Origin: a virus
IMG/VR virus record: IMGVR_UViG_3300025818_000017
Reading direction: 5' to 3' (one strand)
Length of the DNA stretch: 64,000 nucleotides
The position numbers and the translations under genes were made by a program. Numbering within the stretch: position 1 is the first letter of the stretch; the number at the start of each line of letters is the position of its first letter. The notes under the pieces are model-generated. The model had not been told where the DNA came from, made no database searches, and saw only the letters and a program-made list of their open reading frames with translations. Positions 36,416 through 45,942 of this stretch are shown in pieces.

Positions 36416-37630
36416 ATGATAAAATTTGTCTATGACCTCAAAAACAAATACGGATATATCCCAAATCTAGTCAAAGACACCACCCTCAAACCAAAGTCTA
36501 AAGAATGGTATGATCTTGCTCTAAAGTTCCCATTCTCACAAGAAAATCGTCTAATAAAATACTTACGTCTTGATGTTGTTCCCCATAAGGAAACATTGGT
36601 TGATGAACTTGACGATGATGAGGTTGGTCACTATATGGTCAATATCAACTTCTTTGACCCCGTTATAGATTACTTTGAGTTGATGGAACCGTCCAGTTAC
36701 AAGCGGCTAAAAGAAAGAAAACTGGTATTCGTTTTTTACTATAGCGAAGGTGATTGGATTGACGAACATATTGCCCCACGATTAGAATACCTCACGGATA
36801 AACATGATATAGACCCTAACTTCGTCAAGTTTGTATGTGCTAATGCTCTTGCCCCAGATTATGGCGACAACTACATCTACTTCCCAGACGATGAGCTTTA
36901 TTACCGTTACCTCCATATACATAAACAAGATTATGTAATGAAGGTAAATCTCAATAAGCGTGATAAAAAATTCACCTTCCTAAATCGCATTGATAAGGAT
37001 TGGCGCAGAGTATTTGCTGCTAGTATGTGGCAACATGGTATGCAAAATCTGGGATATTTCAGCTATTGCGATAAAAAATACACAACCGACTACGCAGAGA
37101 ATGAAACCCGTGATAACATTTTCGAATGGGAAACTTACTGGAATGATCTAGTCCGATTAGTTGCACAGTTTGAATTATATACACCGATATTTTGTGATGA
37201 GTTCAGTGATGCCGAAAGAAATGACCACAGTATCATCCATAAACCATTCTTTGAAAATGCGTACTGGCAGTTTATTCCAGAGACACATTTCACCAACGAC
37301 ACTATTTTCCTGACGGAGAAAACGTTCAAATGTATCTTGAATATGCAACCATTTATCATTATTGGTAACCCAGGAAGCCTATCGTTACTGGAAGAGCTTG
37401 GATATAAAACATTTGACGAATATATATATGAGGATTATGACAGCGTTGTTGATAACGAAAAGAGACTACATCGTTGCTTTACCGAATGTTATCAGGTGAC
37501 GAACTATACACACGAATCCCATTTGAAAGTTATGTATAATCTCAAAGACACGCTTGAATACAACCAACGTGTTTTTCTCGCCTCTAAAAAGTACCGTCTA
37601 AATACCCTGATAGACAATATAAAGGTATAA
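36416..37630 (+). CDS. putative glycosyltransferase-like protein, paralog of 19299
   Basis: KFTFLNR...R; IPETHF...FLTEKTFKCILNMQPFIIIGNPGSL...GYKTF. Confidence 0.45.
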   Translation: MIKFVYDLKNKYGYIPNLVKDTTLKPKSKEWYDLALKFPFSQENRLIKYLRLDVVPHKETLVDELDDDEVGHYMVNINFFDPVIDYFELMEPSSYKRLKERKLVFVFYYSEGDWIDEHIAPRLEYLTDKHDIDPNFVKFVCANALAPDYGDNYIYFPDDELYYRYLHIHKQDYVMKVNLNKRDKKFTFLNRIDKDWRRVFAASMWQHGMQNLGYFSYCDKKYTTDYAENETRDNIFEWETYWNDLVRLVAQFELYTPIFCDEFSDAERNDHSIIHKPFFENAYWQFIPETHFTNDTIFLTEKTFKCILNMQPFIIIGNPGSLSLLEELGYKTFDEYIYEDYDSVVDNEKRLHRCFTECYQVTNYTHESHLKVMYNLKDTLEYNQRVFLASKKYRLNTLIDNIKV

Positions 37631-37631
37631 G

Positions 37632-38054
37632 ATGGAAAGACTAAACTTTAAAATCACCCTTGACACCAGTTATGATCCCGATTTTCATGAAACAGAAACC
37701 GAGTTTTCTATATCCGTAAATGAACACACGATAAAAGACTTTATCACTGAGGAAAAGACGCTTGATTTTGATGTGGATTGTTCAGGAGAAAATGTGTTAA
37801 GTATTTCGTTACTGAATAAAACACCGAATGATGTTGAACTAGACGTTGATGGTAATATTATAAAAGATAGACTACTTCATATTCTAAAGATTGAGGTAGA
37901 TGACATCGACATTACTAATACCGGACATATTCACAGCGAGTACGATGCTGGTGAGTTTGGTATACACCGTAACTGTATGAACTTGGGCTGGAATGGAACT
38001 TGGAAACTTGAGTTCGATACACCATTCTACATCTGGCTTTTGGAAACATTATAA
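37632..38054 (+). CDS. hypothetical protein
   Basis: ORF track; C-terminal NLGWNGTWKLEFDTPFYIWLLE. Confidence 0.7.
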   Translation: MERLNFKITLDTSYDPDFHETETEFSISVNEHTIKDFITEEKTLDFDVDCSGENVLSISLLNKTPNDVELDVDGNIIKDRLLHILKIEVDDIDITNTGHIHSEYDAGEFGIHRNCMNLGWNGTWKLEFDTPFYIWLLETL

Positions 38055-38085
38055 AACTGATAAATACATAAAAAGGTGTATAACA

Positions 38086-38442
38086 ATGTTTCTCTCAGAC
38101 TTATATAAAAAAGATAAAGATGAAATCCAAGAAAGTATTGACTTAGTTCAGGAGATTATCTCTCTTGCGCCACAAAGAAGTTTCTCTGGTTCTGCTGGTT
38201 ATTATCAAGCGCCAGAAAGAGAAAAAGACCCTACCTCTCATATTAGAAAAAAAGCAGTAACAATGCATCCCGGTAATGACGGTGTACTGAAACGTACTAA
38301 GTATCACCTAGAAAAAGCACAGGAGAAAATATCCGCACTAGACCCTAAAAAAGATCACAACCACGAGTTTTACCAAGAAGTAGTGCAGATTATACGAAGA
38401 ATTAAAGATATTCTTCAGCAGTATAAAGGGTCTAAGGCATAA
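38086..38442 (+). CDS. hypothetical late protein
   Basis: TAAATA 38061-38066, AAGGTG; start MFLSDL within track ORF 37993-38442. Confidence 0.65.
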   Translation: MFLSDLYKKDKDEIQESIDLVQEIISLAPQRSFSGSAGYYQAPEREKDPTSHIRKKAVTMHPGNDGVLKRTKYHLEKAQEKISALDPKKDHNHEFYQEVVQIIRRIKDILQQYKGSKA

Positions 38443-41264
38443 TGATGTACGGCAGTCAGATAACAACCTCTGATATTTCTTTAGTCGAAGATTACGTTGA
38501 TACGTTCTTGTCCAAAGAAGGCTACGGTCCCGAGAAGACTGAGAGCATTATGCGTTTCATCTCTGAGAAAAAGGATAAAGATGACGGTATCTCTCTAAAA
38601 GATATTGATCCAACCGTTTTCCCAATGATTAGGAAAGCGATGATTCGTTATCCAACTGCCAAAAACGATTTGGAAGCTCTTGTCAAACTAGTCCAAGACG
38701 AAATGAAAAAAGAACAAAATGACATCACCCGCCTTGACAAAGAGAATGATGTACAGGATGACGATATCGAAGGTCTTGATGGTGAACTATCCAAAGACAC
38801 CGAACTAACTCGTTCCAACAGAAACCTTATCAATACTATCATGACACGTATTGACGCTCTAGAAAAGAATGTTGAGCAAATGTCACAACAACCAACACAG
38901 GAAGGCTATGACTTCATTCGTGAAGAAGAACCACTAAGTGAGATTGCAGACAACAGTTATTCAAAGGACGCAATGGATTCTGAGCGTGTTCCTATAAAAA
39001 CATTTCGTACACTAGTAGACCAGAAACAAATAACCATCGTTGGTAAGATTGGTGATTTCATTGTTACCTTGGACGGATATGGTGACGAGATCGGCAGAGA
39101 TGACATCTATGCGAATGTCTATAAAGCCACCGACAGAGGCATCTGGCACACGGGCGAGATTGATCTACAATACCAAGGCACAGAAGGCGATTCTCCTGTC
39201 TACCAGACATACGAAACTAAGGGTGCCAAGTTGATGCAAGGCAAAGGTATTATGGGACAGGTTTACTTGATGCTATCCAAGAAGTTCGGCTGGGTCATTG
39301 CTTCTGGCGACAGTCAATCTCCTGGTGCCCAGAAGATGTGGAAGCGTATTGTTGCTAACCCTTCTGTTATGGCATGGACAGAGACAGAAACTGACGGTAA
39401 GAAACACGAACTCTACATTGACAAAGAAACTGGCGAACTAGAAGGACTTGAGTCTGTTTACGGTAGCAGCGATGAATACTATCACTTAGAAGACGAACTC
39501 GACGGTATTATACATGAACTTATAGACCAACAAAACGAAGCTGAAGATGCATACGAAGCTATGTATAAGGCTGGCGAGATTAGTAAGAAAGAATATCACG
39601 CTAGTCTAAAGAAACTACAAAAAAGAGTAACAGACACCATCTCCAAGTATGAACAAGATTATGGTCATGAGATGCAAGATAACGAGTTTGGTGGTAGCCC
39701 AGATAGGTTGATCTACTTTATGTGGGTTGGTCGTTCCAAGAAGTCTTTCAAGGAAACATATGAAAGCAAGTTGAATGAAATGGGCAGAGTATCCGATTTT
39801 GTACAGACTGACGATGTATCGGCACCAGAGGTTGCTACACAGGCAAAAAAGTGGGGATTTGAAACTGACGCTGATGGTTATCCACCGTTGATGAATGGTT
39901 CTAAACAAAAGCGTACCCGCACCAAGATTGAACACACTGAAAAAGAATACGATAGCTATGTCGTGAAAGAAGGTGTTGGCGGCATTACAAACGTGGGAGT
40001 TAGTTATGCTAATCCACAGTTTGATGTGGAGTGGGAAGAAGCAAACCGCTATCCATATTTAGAGAAACTTGGGCCTGAAGGCTGGGAAGAACTTGCTAAA
40101 ACTGGCAGAGTAGTTAGAGTTACCACAGACAGTGTAAAGAAGATAGGAAACACTGGTGCTGACGGCAGTGAGTCATTAGATGACTTAGAGCCAGAAAAAG
40201 TTGCTAGACTTAAACAGGCAATGGACTCAGGCACAGTTGAAATGCCTATAGTTGTTAAACAACCAGACGGTTCACTAGAGTTAATTGCCGGAAACACTAG
40301 GTTAATTGGACTTATTTCCACACAGGGCGAAGCGCAAGTTTGGTTCGTGGATGCGAGTACGTTAACAGAAGGCGTTGGTCGTATTACTGACTATAACTCC
40401 ACACACGATGTGAAGAAAGGTCAGACTAAAAAAGAAGCAAGTAAGATGGCCGCATTCCGCGAAAGCACAGAAAAGAAAAGCAACTATGTCCTACAACTTG
40501 AGCGTGATGATGATATGATGATCCTACATATCACACAAAGTAAGACAGGACACCGCACAGAAGTTCGTGGCAAGGCTGGTTACGAGATTGATGGCTACGA
40601 TCCAAATGATCCACTACACCAACTACTAGATAAGATTGGTAAGGTGGCAAACTTTAGTGATCTAATGAACGGCACAAAAGTTTCTCTAAATCCAGTACAT
40701 CCCGATTATCCAAAAGCCAAAGAAGAAGTGGTAAAGATGGTTGGTGAAAGTGATTATAGTTTCTTTCATGAAGATGTAGATTGGTCAAAGCATCACTGGA
40801 ATGCCCCAAACAAACCATACGCTAAAACTGCTGAAATGGTTCCCGTGGCATGGTTAGAAAAACTGGTTGGTAATGATTTACGCACATATGATGGCGGCGC
40901 ATACCAAAATATCGGCTATAACCCAGATACAGACGATTGGGATATGGGCAATCTAGAAGACCTTGCTAAGTCTATGAAAGAACGTGGTATCCAAGAGCCT
41001 GTAATGATTGTTGTTGGTATGAAAGATGGCTGGGCATATGTTGGCGAAGGAAACCATCGTATTGCTGCTGCTAAACTTGCTGGTATCTATTCACTCCCAG
41101 CCAGAGTATATATGCAAAGTGAAGTCCACGGTAAAGGTGAGCGTGGTCAGCACAGACACGATATGACCCACGATATCACTTGGAACCCAGCAGAACTAGA
41201 ACCATTTTCCAAAGTAAAATATTACGATAAACCAAGTCAGGTATTCAAGAGCCTACAGAAATGA
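38442..41264 (+). CDS. 940-aa modular protein: coiled coil, GNAT-like segment, two ParB/Srx-like domains
   Basis: QGKGIMGQVY...SPGAQKMWKRI; MPIVVK...IAGNTRL; EPVMIVV...VGEGNHRIAAA; LxE-type linkers. Confidence 0.6.
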   Translation: MMYGSQITTSDISLVEDYVDTFLSKEGYGPEKTESIMRFISEKKDKDDGISLKDIDPTVFPMIRKAMIRYPTAKNDLEALVKLVQDEMKKEQNDITRLDKENDVQDDDIEGLDGELSKDTELTRSNRNLINTIMTRIDALEKNVEQMSQQPTQEGYDFIREEEPLSEIADNSYSKDAMDSERVPIKTFRTLVDQKQITIVGKIGDFIVTLDGYGDEIGRDDIYANVYKATDRGIWHTGEIDLQYQGTEGDSPVYQTYETKGAKLMQGKGIMGQVYLMLSKKFGWVIASGDSQSPGAQKMWKRIVANPSVMAWTETETDGKKHELYIDKETGELEGLESVYGSSDEYYHLEDELDGIIHELIDQQNEAEDAYEAMYKAGEISKKEYHASLKKLQKRVTDTISKYEQDYGHEMQDNEFGGSPDRLIYFMWVGRSKKSFKETYESKLNEMGRVSDFVQTDDVSAPEVATQAKKWGFETDADGYPPLMNGSKQKRTRTKIEHTEKEYDSYVVKEGVGGITNVGVSYANPQFDVEWEEANRYPYLEKLGPEGWEELAKTGRVVRVTTDSVKKIGNTGADGSESLDDLEPEKVARLKQAMDSGTVEMPIVVKQPDGSLELIAGNTRLIGLISTQGEAQVWFVDASTLTEGVGRITDYNSTHDVKKGQTKKEASKMAAFRESTEKKSNYVLQLERDDDMMILHITQSKTGHRTEVRGKAGYEIDGYDPNDPLHQLLDKIGKVANFSDLMNGTKVSLNPVHPDYPKAKEEVVKMVGESDYSFFHEDVDWSKHHWNAPNKPYAKTAEMVPVAWLEKLVGNDLRTYDGGAYQNIGYNPDTDDWDMGNLEDLAKSMKERGIQEPVMIVVGMKDGWAYVGEGNHRIAAAKLAGIYSLPARVYMQSEVHGKGERGQHRHDMTHDITWNPAELEPFSKVKYYDKPSQVFKSLQK

Positions 41265-41536
41265 CAAAACTAGAGATTGATTTATTCTGCAACATCCATC
41301 GTGATAAAGTTGCTTACAGACTATATGTAAACGACGAGCTAATGACTGAACGGGATTACATTTGGGATAATAAGACACATTATCTTACTGAAATAGTCCC
41401 GTTAGATATAGAACCCGGCACCCACACTATCAAAGTAGAAAATCTAAATCCCGATAATGGGGAGTTTAGCATAAATACCATAAGGCTAAATGGAGTGATT
41501 ACAACACTTTATAATGGACGGGAATTTAGACTATGA
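41261..41536 (+). CDS. hypothetical protein
   Basis: ORF track; ATGA overlap. Confidence 0.65.
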   Translation: MTKLEIDLFCNIHRDKVAYRLYVNDELMTERDYIWDNKTHYLTEIVPLDIEPGTHTIKVENLNPDNGEFSINTIRLNGVITTLYNGREFRL

Positions 41537-41997
41537 AGATTAGAGACTTACTTGATAAATTAGATAGCATTAACGAAACAACCACAGCAGGAGCTATGGC
41601 ACCAGTAGCAAAACCTCTTGGTAAAACACGTAAGCGTAAAGGCATTTACGGCGAGAGTGATGAACCACAAAAGTTTCAAGATCGTGGTCCAACACCAAAC
41701 AACTGGACAGATGAGCAATGGGCAGAGTTTCCACAACCACATACTAAAGAATGGATTGAATGGAAAGTAAAGCAACACGCCGCATCGGGTGAGCCACTAG
41801 AACTAGTCGATGCCAGTTGGTCCCGTGGTAATCTTTCTATTGGTGACCTACGAGATTTCGGTTGGGTAACGAAAGAGTATGATGCAAACCGTCATACAGG
41901 TGATATCGACGATATCTTTTGGCATCTTTCAGAAGACCTACCATTTCCTATTATCGTCCGTGGAAAAACTTATTACCCGGGTGACACAGTTAGTTAA
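41533..41997 (+). CDS. hypothetical protein with capsid-targeting-like leader
   Basis: MKIRDLLDKLDSINETTTAGAMAPV. Confidence 0.65.
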   Translation: MKIRDLLDKLDSINETTTAGAMAPVAKPLGKTRKRKGIYGESDEPQKFQDRGPTPNNWTDEQWAEFPQPHTKEWIEWKVKQHAASGEPLELVDASWSRGNLSIGDLRDFGWVTKEYDANRHTGDIDDIFWHLSEDLPFPIIVRGKTYYPGDTVS

Positions 41998-42009
41998 GGA
42001 ATATTTGTA

Positions 42010-43452
42010 ATGGATGACAATAGTTTCAGACAGTTAGTTGAAAGTATCAACAACCTAGAAGAAGGCAAAAAGCCAAAACATTGGAAAGGCACCGATAAAG
42101 GAAAGCCTAAGAAAGATCAGTTTGTTGGCGAAGAAAACGGCGACTATGGTTTCCTATCCAAGTATGTAGCAGAGGAAGAACTTGAAGAAGACCTAGTTTC
42201 TCAAATGAAGAAAGAGATGGGCAACTATTTGAAATCCCGTAAAGACGTTGAGGAAGAAGGTTCCAAGCCAAAGCCATTCAATCACACTCCAAAAATAGGT
42301 AAAGATATCCAGAAGCCAAAAGGTGTGAAGACTATTACATCCAAAGAAGATGGTATGCTTACTGATGATGAGAATGTTGAAGAAAACTCAGTCCGTGACC
42401 GTCTAGTGCGTAAAGCTATGAAGCCTATTACAGACAAGGAAAAAATGTTTCCTAAGAAAGATATGATGGGACCAAAGACACCATCTGCCGAAGAACTAGC
42501 CAAGAAGCATAACAAGCCACTTGACTTTATTGAAAAGCAGATTGCTAAAGGTGTAAAGATTGAAAAAGAACATACTGATGATGAGGCAATGGCTGATGAG
42601 ATTGCTCGTGACCATATTGCTGAAAAACCAGATTACTATGACCGTTTAGCCAAAGTTGAGGAAGCTGGACTAAAACCATCAGCATCAGCACAGGCATATA
42701 TGAGCCAGATGGATGCGGCACACGCACAACAAGACGCTTACCACTCTCGTCATAAGCCAAGAGGCGTAGAGTTACACATTCATAGTGCTGACGAAGATGG
42801 TAGTATGGTTGATGTAATCAAAGATGGCGTAGTTGTCGGTCAAGGTGACTACGATAGACACGCTGGATCATTCTTTATTGATGGTAATGTATTTGATTCA
42901 CAAGACGAAATCATTGCTCATTATAGTGGCATGAACGAAGGCATCCTTGATAAAGCCAAAGACCTTGTAGGTTGGGACGAAACTGATGACGAGCGTAAAG
43001 AACGCGAAGCAACAGATCGTGCCTATACTAAACATCGTGCTAAGAAGAAAATGAAGAAGAATGGCGTAACAGTCCGTGACGTTCACCCTTCCGAACTAAT
43101 GGATAGTGAAGGCGATCACGAAATCTCTATGGCTCATTCTCAAATCCAATCAGTAATGCATCATGCAAAAGAGATTGAAGAATTGCTTATGCCGATGGAT
43201 GATAACGACCAACTACAAGCTTGGGTTCAGTCAAAACTAACCATCGCCAATGATTATCTATCAAAAGTCTATCATTATATGGAACACAAAACAGAACATC
43301 CTGTGGAGAGTAAAGTACCAGAAGAGTCAATGGACGATATGGCATACTTCCAAGAGTGTGTTGATACACTTGTGAAACATGGTGTTGACGAAAATAATGC
43401 CATTGAGTTTGTTAGAGAGCAGCGCAAAAAAGCACTTGACAACAGCAAATAA
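42010..43452 (+). CDS. modular charged protein containing a DUF5661-like segment
   Basis: GVKIEKEHTDD..MA.EIARDHIAEKPDYYDRL; DHEISMA...QAWVQSKLTIANDYL; repeated xxE linkers. Confidence 0.55.
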   Translation: MDDNSFRQLVESINNLEEGKKPKHWKGTDKGKPKKDQFVGEENGDYGFLSKYVAEEELEEDLVSQMKKEMGNYLKSRKDVEEEGSKPKPFNHTPKIGKDIQKPKGVKTITSKEDGMLTDDENVEENSVRDRLVRKAMKPITDKEKMFPKKDMMGPKTPSAEELAKKHNKPLDFIEKQIAKGVKIEKEHTDDEAMADEIARDHIAEKPDYYDRLAKVEEAGLKPSASAQAYMSQMDAAHAQQDAYHSRHKPRGVELHIHSADEDGSMVDVIKDGVVVGQGDYDRHAGSFFIDGNVFDSQDEIIAHYSGMNEGILDKAKDLVGWDETDDERKEREATDRAYTKHRAKKKMKKNGVTVRDVHPSELMDSEGDHEISMAHSQIQSVMHHAKEIEELLMPMDDNDQLQAWVQSKLTIANDYLSKVYHYMEHKTEHPVESKVPEESMDDMAYFQECVDTLVKHGVDENNAIEFVREQRKKALDNSK

Positions 43453-43463
43453 TATGCTATAAT
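43436..43463 (+). promoter_or_regulatory. sigma70-like promoter
   Basis: TTGACA 43436-43441, 16 nt, TGcTATAAT ending 43463. Confidence 0.75.
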
Positions 43464-43480
43464 AGGGAACGGAGATTGTT

Positions 43481-44545
43481 ATGAGATTGAGTGAAATGAC
43501 TGCACCAACTAACCCAAACTTTGCTCCCGGTATGGCATACTGGGTTTCCCCCCGTGGCGAAATCTTAGATGTAACACCCGGTATTCATATTACAGCAGTA
43601 GTAGAACACCCAGAAAAGTTTGGATATACCGAAGAACAAATCAAAGAACTATACGATAAGTATGGCGAAACTGTCGGTTCAGAAGGTCAAGCCCGTGAAG
43701 AGATTATGAAAAACCTTTTCCGTAAAGGTTGGATTAGAACCCGTCTTTATCGTCGTGAAGATACTTGGTCAATCAACATTGGTCGCATGACTAATAAAAC
43801 CTATGACCTACTACAAAAATGGGCTGAATACCATATTGGGCGTGAAGATGTAAAGTCAGGTAAGTTCGGTGATATCAAACTATCTATTGGATGGGATGAA
43901 AATATGGTTACCAAGAAAAGCAATAGCATTCGTGACTATGCCGAAGGTAATATTATGGAAGCTATTGGCCTAGAACGTAACTCCAATATCAAAATCCGTA
44001 TTGTAGAAAGTGCCGCTGACTTTATGGGGGATTATGACTTATTGACCGAAGCATCTATTGGTCGTGCATACCAGCATCTGAGTAATGATGAAATCCCTGT
44101 TGCCTTCATCACAGCATTCCGTGGTGGTCAAGAGAACTACGAAGAAAATGTTCGTCGTAACAAGCATCTTGCCGCACAAGTAAAGAAAGCTGGTTATGGA
44201 TATTTCTTTATTGATGGTGGATGGATTGAGAACCAAGGAACACCAGAAGAAGTAGCTGTTGAAGAAGATACTATCTTTATCGTTGGACGCCCAGCAGATA
44301 ATGGTCGCCTAAAGGGATTGTTAAGACAGTGGATAAAACAGTATGACCAAGATGGTGCCCTTCTAAAACCAGAAGGTGATACTGATGTATATCTTCTACT
44401 GAATGATGGCGAAGAAATCAATCTTGGAAACTTTTCTGTTGGAACTGCCGAAGAAGGTTATTCCCGTATTCGTGGTAGAGCATTTCACTTTGAAAGTGTT
44501 CGCAGACCAGAGAAAAACTGGATTTCCCGTATATCGAAACGATGA
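43481..44545 (+). CDS. two-domain hypothetical protein (C-terminal half DUF3293-like)
   Basis: MRLSE leader; LLTEASIGRAYQH...ITAFRG...RNKHL...GYGYFFIDGGWIE. Confidence 0.55.
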   Translation: MRLSEMTAPTNPNFAPGMAYWVSPRGEILDVTPGIHITAVVEHPEKFGYTEEQIKELYDKYGETVGSEGQAREEIMKNLFRKGWIRTRLYRREDTWSINIGRMTNKTYDLLQKWAEYHIGREDVKSGKFGDIKLSIGWDENMVTKKSNSIRDYAEGNIMEAIGLERNSNIKIRIVESAADFMGDYDLLTEASIGRAYQHLSNDEIPVAFITAFRGGQENYEENVRRNKHLAAQVKKAGYGYFFIDGGWIENQGTPEEVAVEEDTIFIVGRPADNGRLKGLLRQWIKQYDQDGALLKPEGDTDVYLLLNDGEEINLGNFSVGTAEEGYSRIRGRAFHFESVRRPEKNWISRISKR

Positions 44546-44715
44546 AAATAACACCAGCAAAAACAAAGTATATTCGTTACGCATATGAACGTGACAAAAA
44601 CTTTATAGATGATCGCAAGTCACCAAAGAAAGAAGAAGATAAAACTAAAAACTCATTAGAATATGAGAAGAAACCAGAAAAACATCTTGGCAAACACATC
44701 AACATTGTGGTATAA
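44542..44715 (+). CDS. 57-aa basic protein (not in ORF track)
   Basis: ATGA overlap; MKITPAKTKYIRYAYERD...HLGKHINIVV. Confidence 0.55.
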   Translation: MKITPAKTKYIRYAYERDKNFIDDRKSPKKEEDKTKNSLEYEKKPEKHLGKHINIVV

Positions 44716-44716
44716 T
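44688..44716 (+). promoter_or_regulatory. sigma70-like promoter
   Basis: TTGGCA 44688-44693, 17 nt, TGgTATAAT ending 44716. Confidence 0.55.
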
Positions 44717-44741
44717 AACTAAATCAACATAGGAGTATATA

Positions 44742-45008
44742 ATGAACTCAGCGACTAATCGTGTCTTCTCCCAAGAGGAAAAGGCTAAACTAGATATGTT
44801 ATTCCGTGATGGAATTACAACCTTCCAAGAAATCGAAGACCTAACCGAAGGTCTAAATGATACTATCAAGGCTATTGCAGAAGAAATGCAAATCAAGCCA
44901 AGCGTCTTAAAGAAAGCTGTGAAGACAGCACATAAGAATGACTTTGGTAATAAATCCGAAGACCATGAAATGATGGAAACCCTATTGGCTACAGTCAATA
45001 AAATCTAA
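44742..45008 (+). CDS. small helical DNA-binding protein (T4 DsbA/GapR-like)
   Basis: EIEDLTEGLNDTIKAIAEEMQIKPSVLKKAVK coiled-coil pattern; AGGAG SD. Confidence 0.5.
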   Translation: MNSATNRVFSQEEKAKLDMLFRDGITTFQEIEDLTEGLNDTIKAIAEEMQIKPSVLKKAVKTAHKNDFGNKSEDHEMMETLLATVNKI

Positions 45009-45658
45009 TGGTTGCTGGTAGAGGTTCATACCCATTCTTTCTGGCTACACTAAAGAAGCCAAAAAAGAATATCCAAGAAGTATTGGATAGACTTGAAGGA
45101 ATGACCGATGCGGAAATAGATGTGGCTATGGTTCCCAAATGGACTAAGCCGCATCTAAAACGCTATCGTGATGAAAAGTTCCCTACAGCAGAACAAGAAG
45201 CCCAACGAATGATTCTCCAAGCAAAACTTGATAATCCTCTTGGGCTAAAGAAGACACAGAAGTTTGAGGTTCGTAAGTATGATGGCGATACCCGTTGGCT
45301 TGGACCAGATAACAAATCACAGATTGAGATAAATGCTGGCGATGTGTTTATGGTTATTGCTGAAAATGGTGTCCGTTGGGGAACAGCATTCGTTGGCGTT
45401 GATAAACAACAGATGGGATACATTCAGCAACGAAGTGAAAGTATCGGCAGAATGACGCCAGAAGAATATACCATCTATAAGAACGATGAACTCAAAAAGA
45501 AGTTTGGTATGGAAGACCAGAAACCAGACCCATCAGGAAAGATTACCAGCGCAGATTACACACATAGTGCCGATAGATATGCTGGTGAAATCCTAAACAG
45601 CGAAAGCCATACCAATATCGGCGGTAATGGGTTTCCAATCTTATTCAAGAGGCATTGA
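45008..45658 (+). CDS. hypothetical protein
   Basis: ORF track; TAATG coupling. Confidence 0.65.
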   Translation: MVAGRGSYPFFLATLKKPKKNIQEVLDRLEGMTDAEIDVAMVPKWTKPHLKRYRDEKFPTAEQEAQRMILQAKLDNPLGLKKTQKFEVRKYDGDTRWLGPDNKSQIEINAGDVFMVIAENGVRWGTAFVGVDKQQMGYIQQRSESIGRMTPEEYTIYKNDELKKKFGMEDQKPDPSGKITSADYTHSADRYAGEILNSESHTNIGGNGFPILFKRH

Positions 45659-45933
45659 TGCTACAACAAATACTGGATTACTGGAAGCATTCTTGGGAAG
45701 AAAGCAAGGTGCTTTTCTGGTGTGAGGCAATCGCAACTATCGCAAGTGTTATCGCAAGTTTTGCTTTTGCTTTCCTATCCCCTACCCCGCCACTTATCTT
45801 TGTATTCAGCGGATACTTGGTTGGTAGTGTTCTTCTTATGTATACTATGTGGGTACGAAAAATGATATGGCTTTTTTCATTGATGGCATGGTATACTGGT
45901 ATGAATATTCTGGGACTATGGAATGCCCTATAA
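45655..45933 (+). CDS. small multi-pass membrane protein
   Basis: Three hydrophobic segments. Confidence 0.65.
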   Translation: MMLQQILDYWKHSWEESKVLFWCEAIATIASVIASFAFAFLSPTPPLIFVFSGYLVGSVLLMYTMWVRKMIWLFSLMAWYTGMNILGLWNAL

Positions 45934-45942
45934 GGAGAATAA

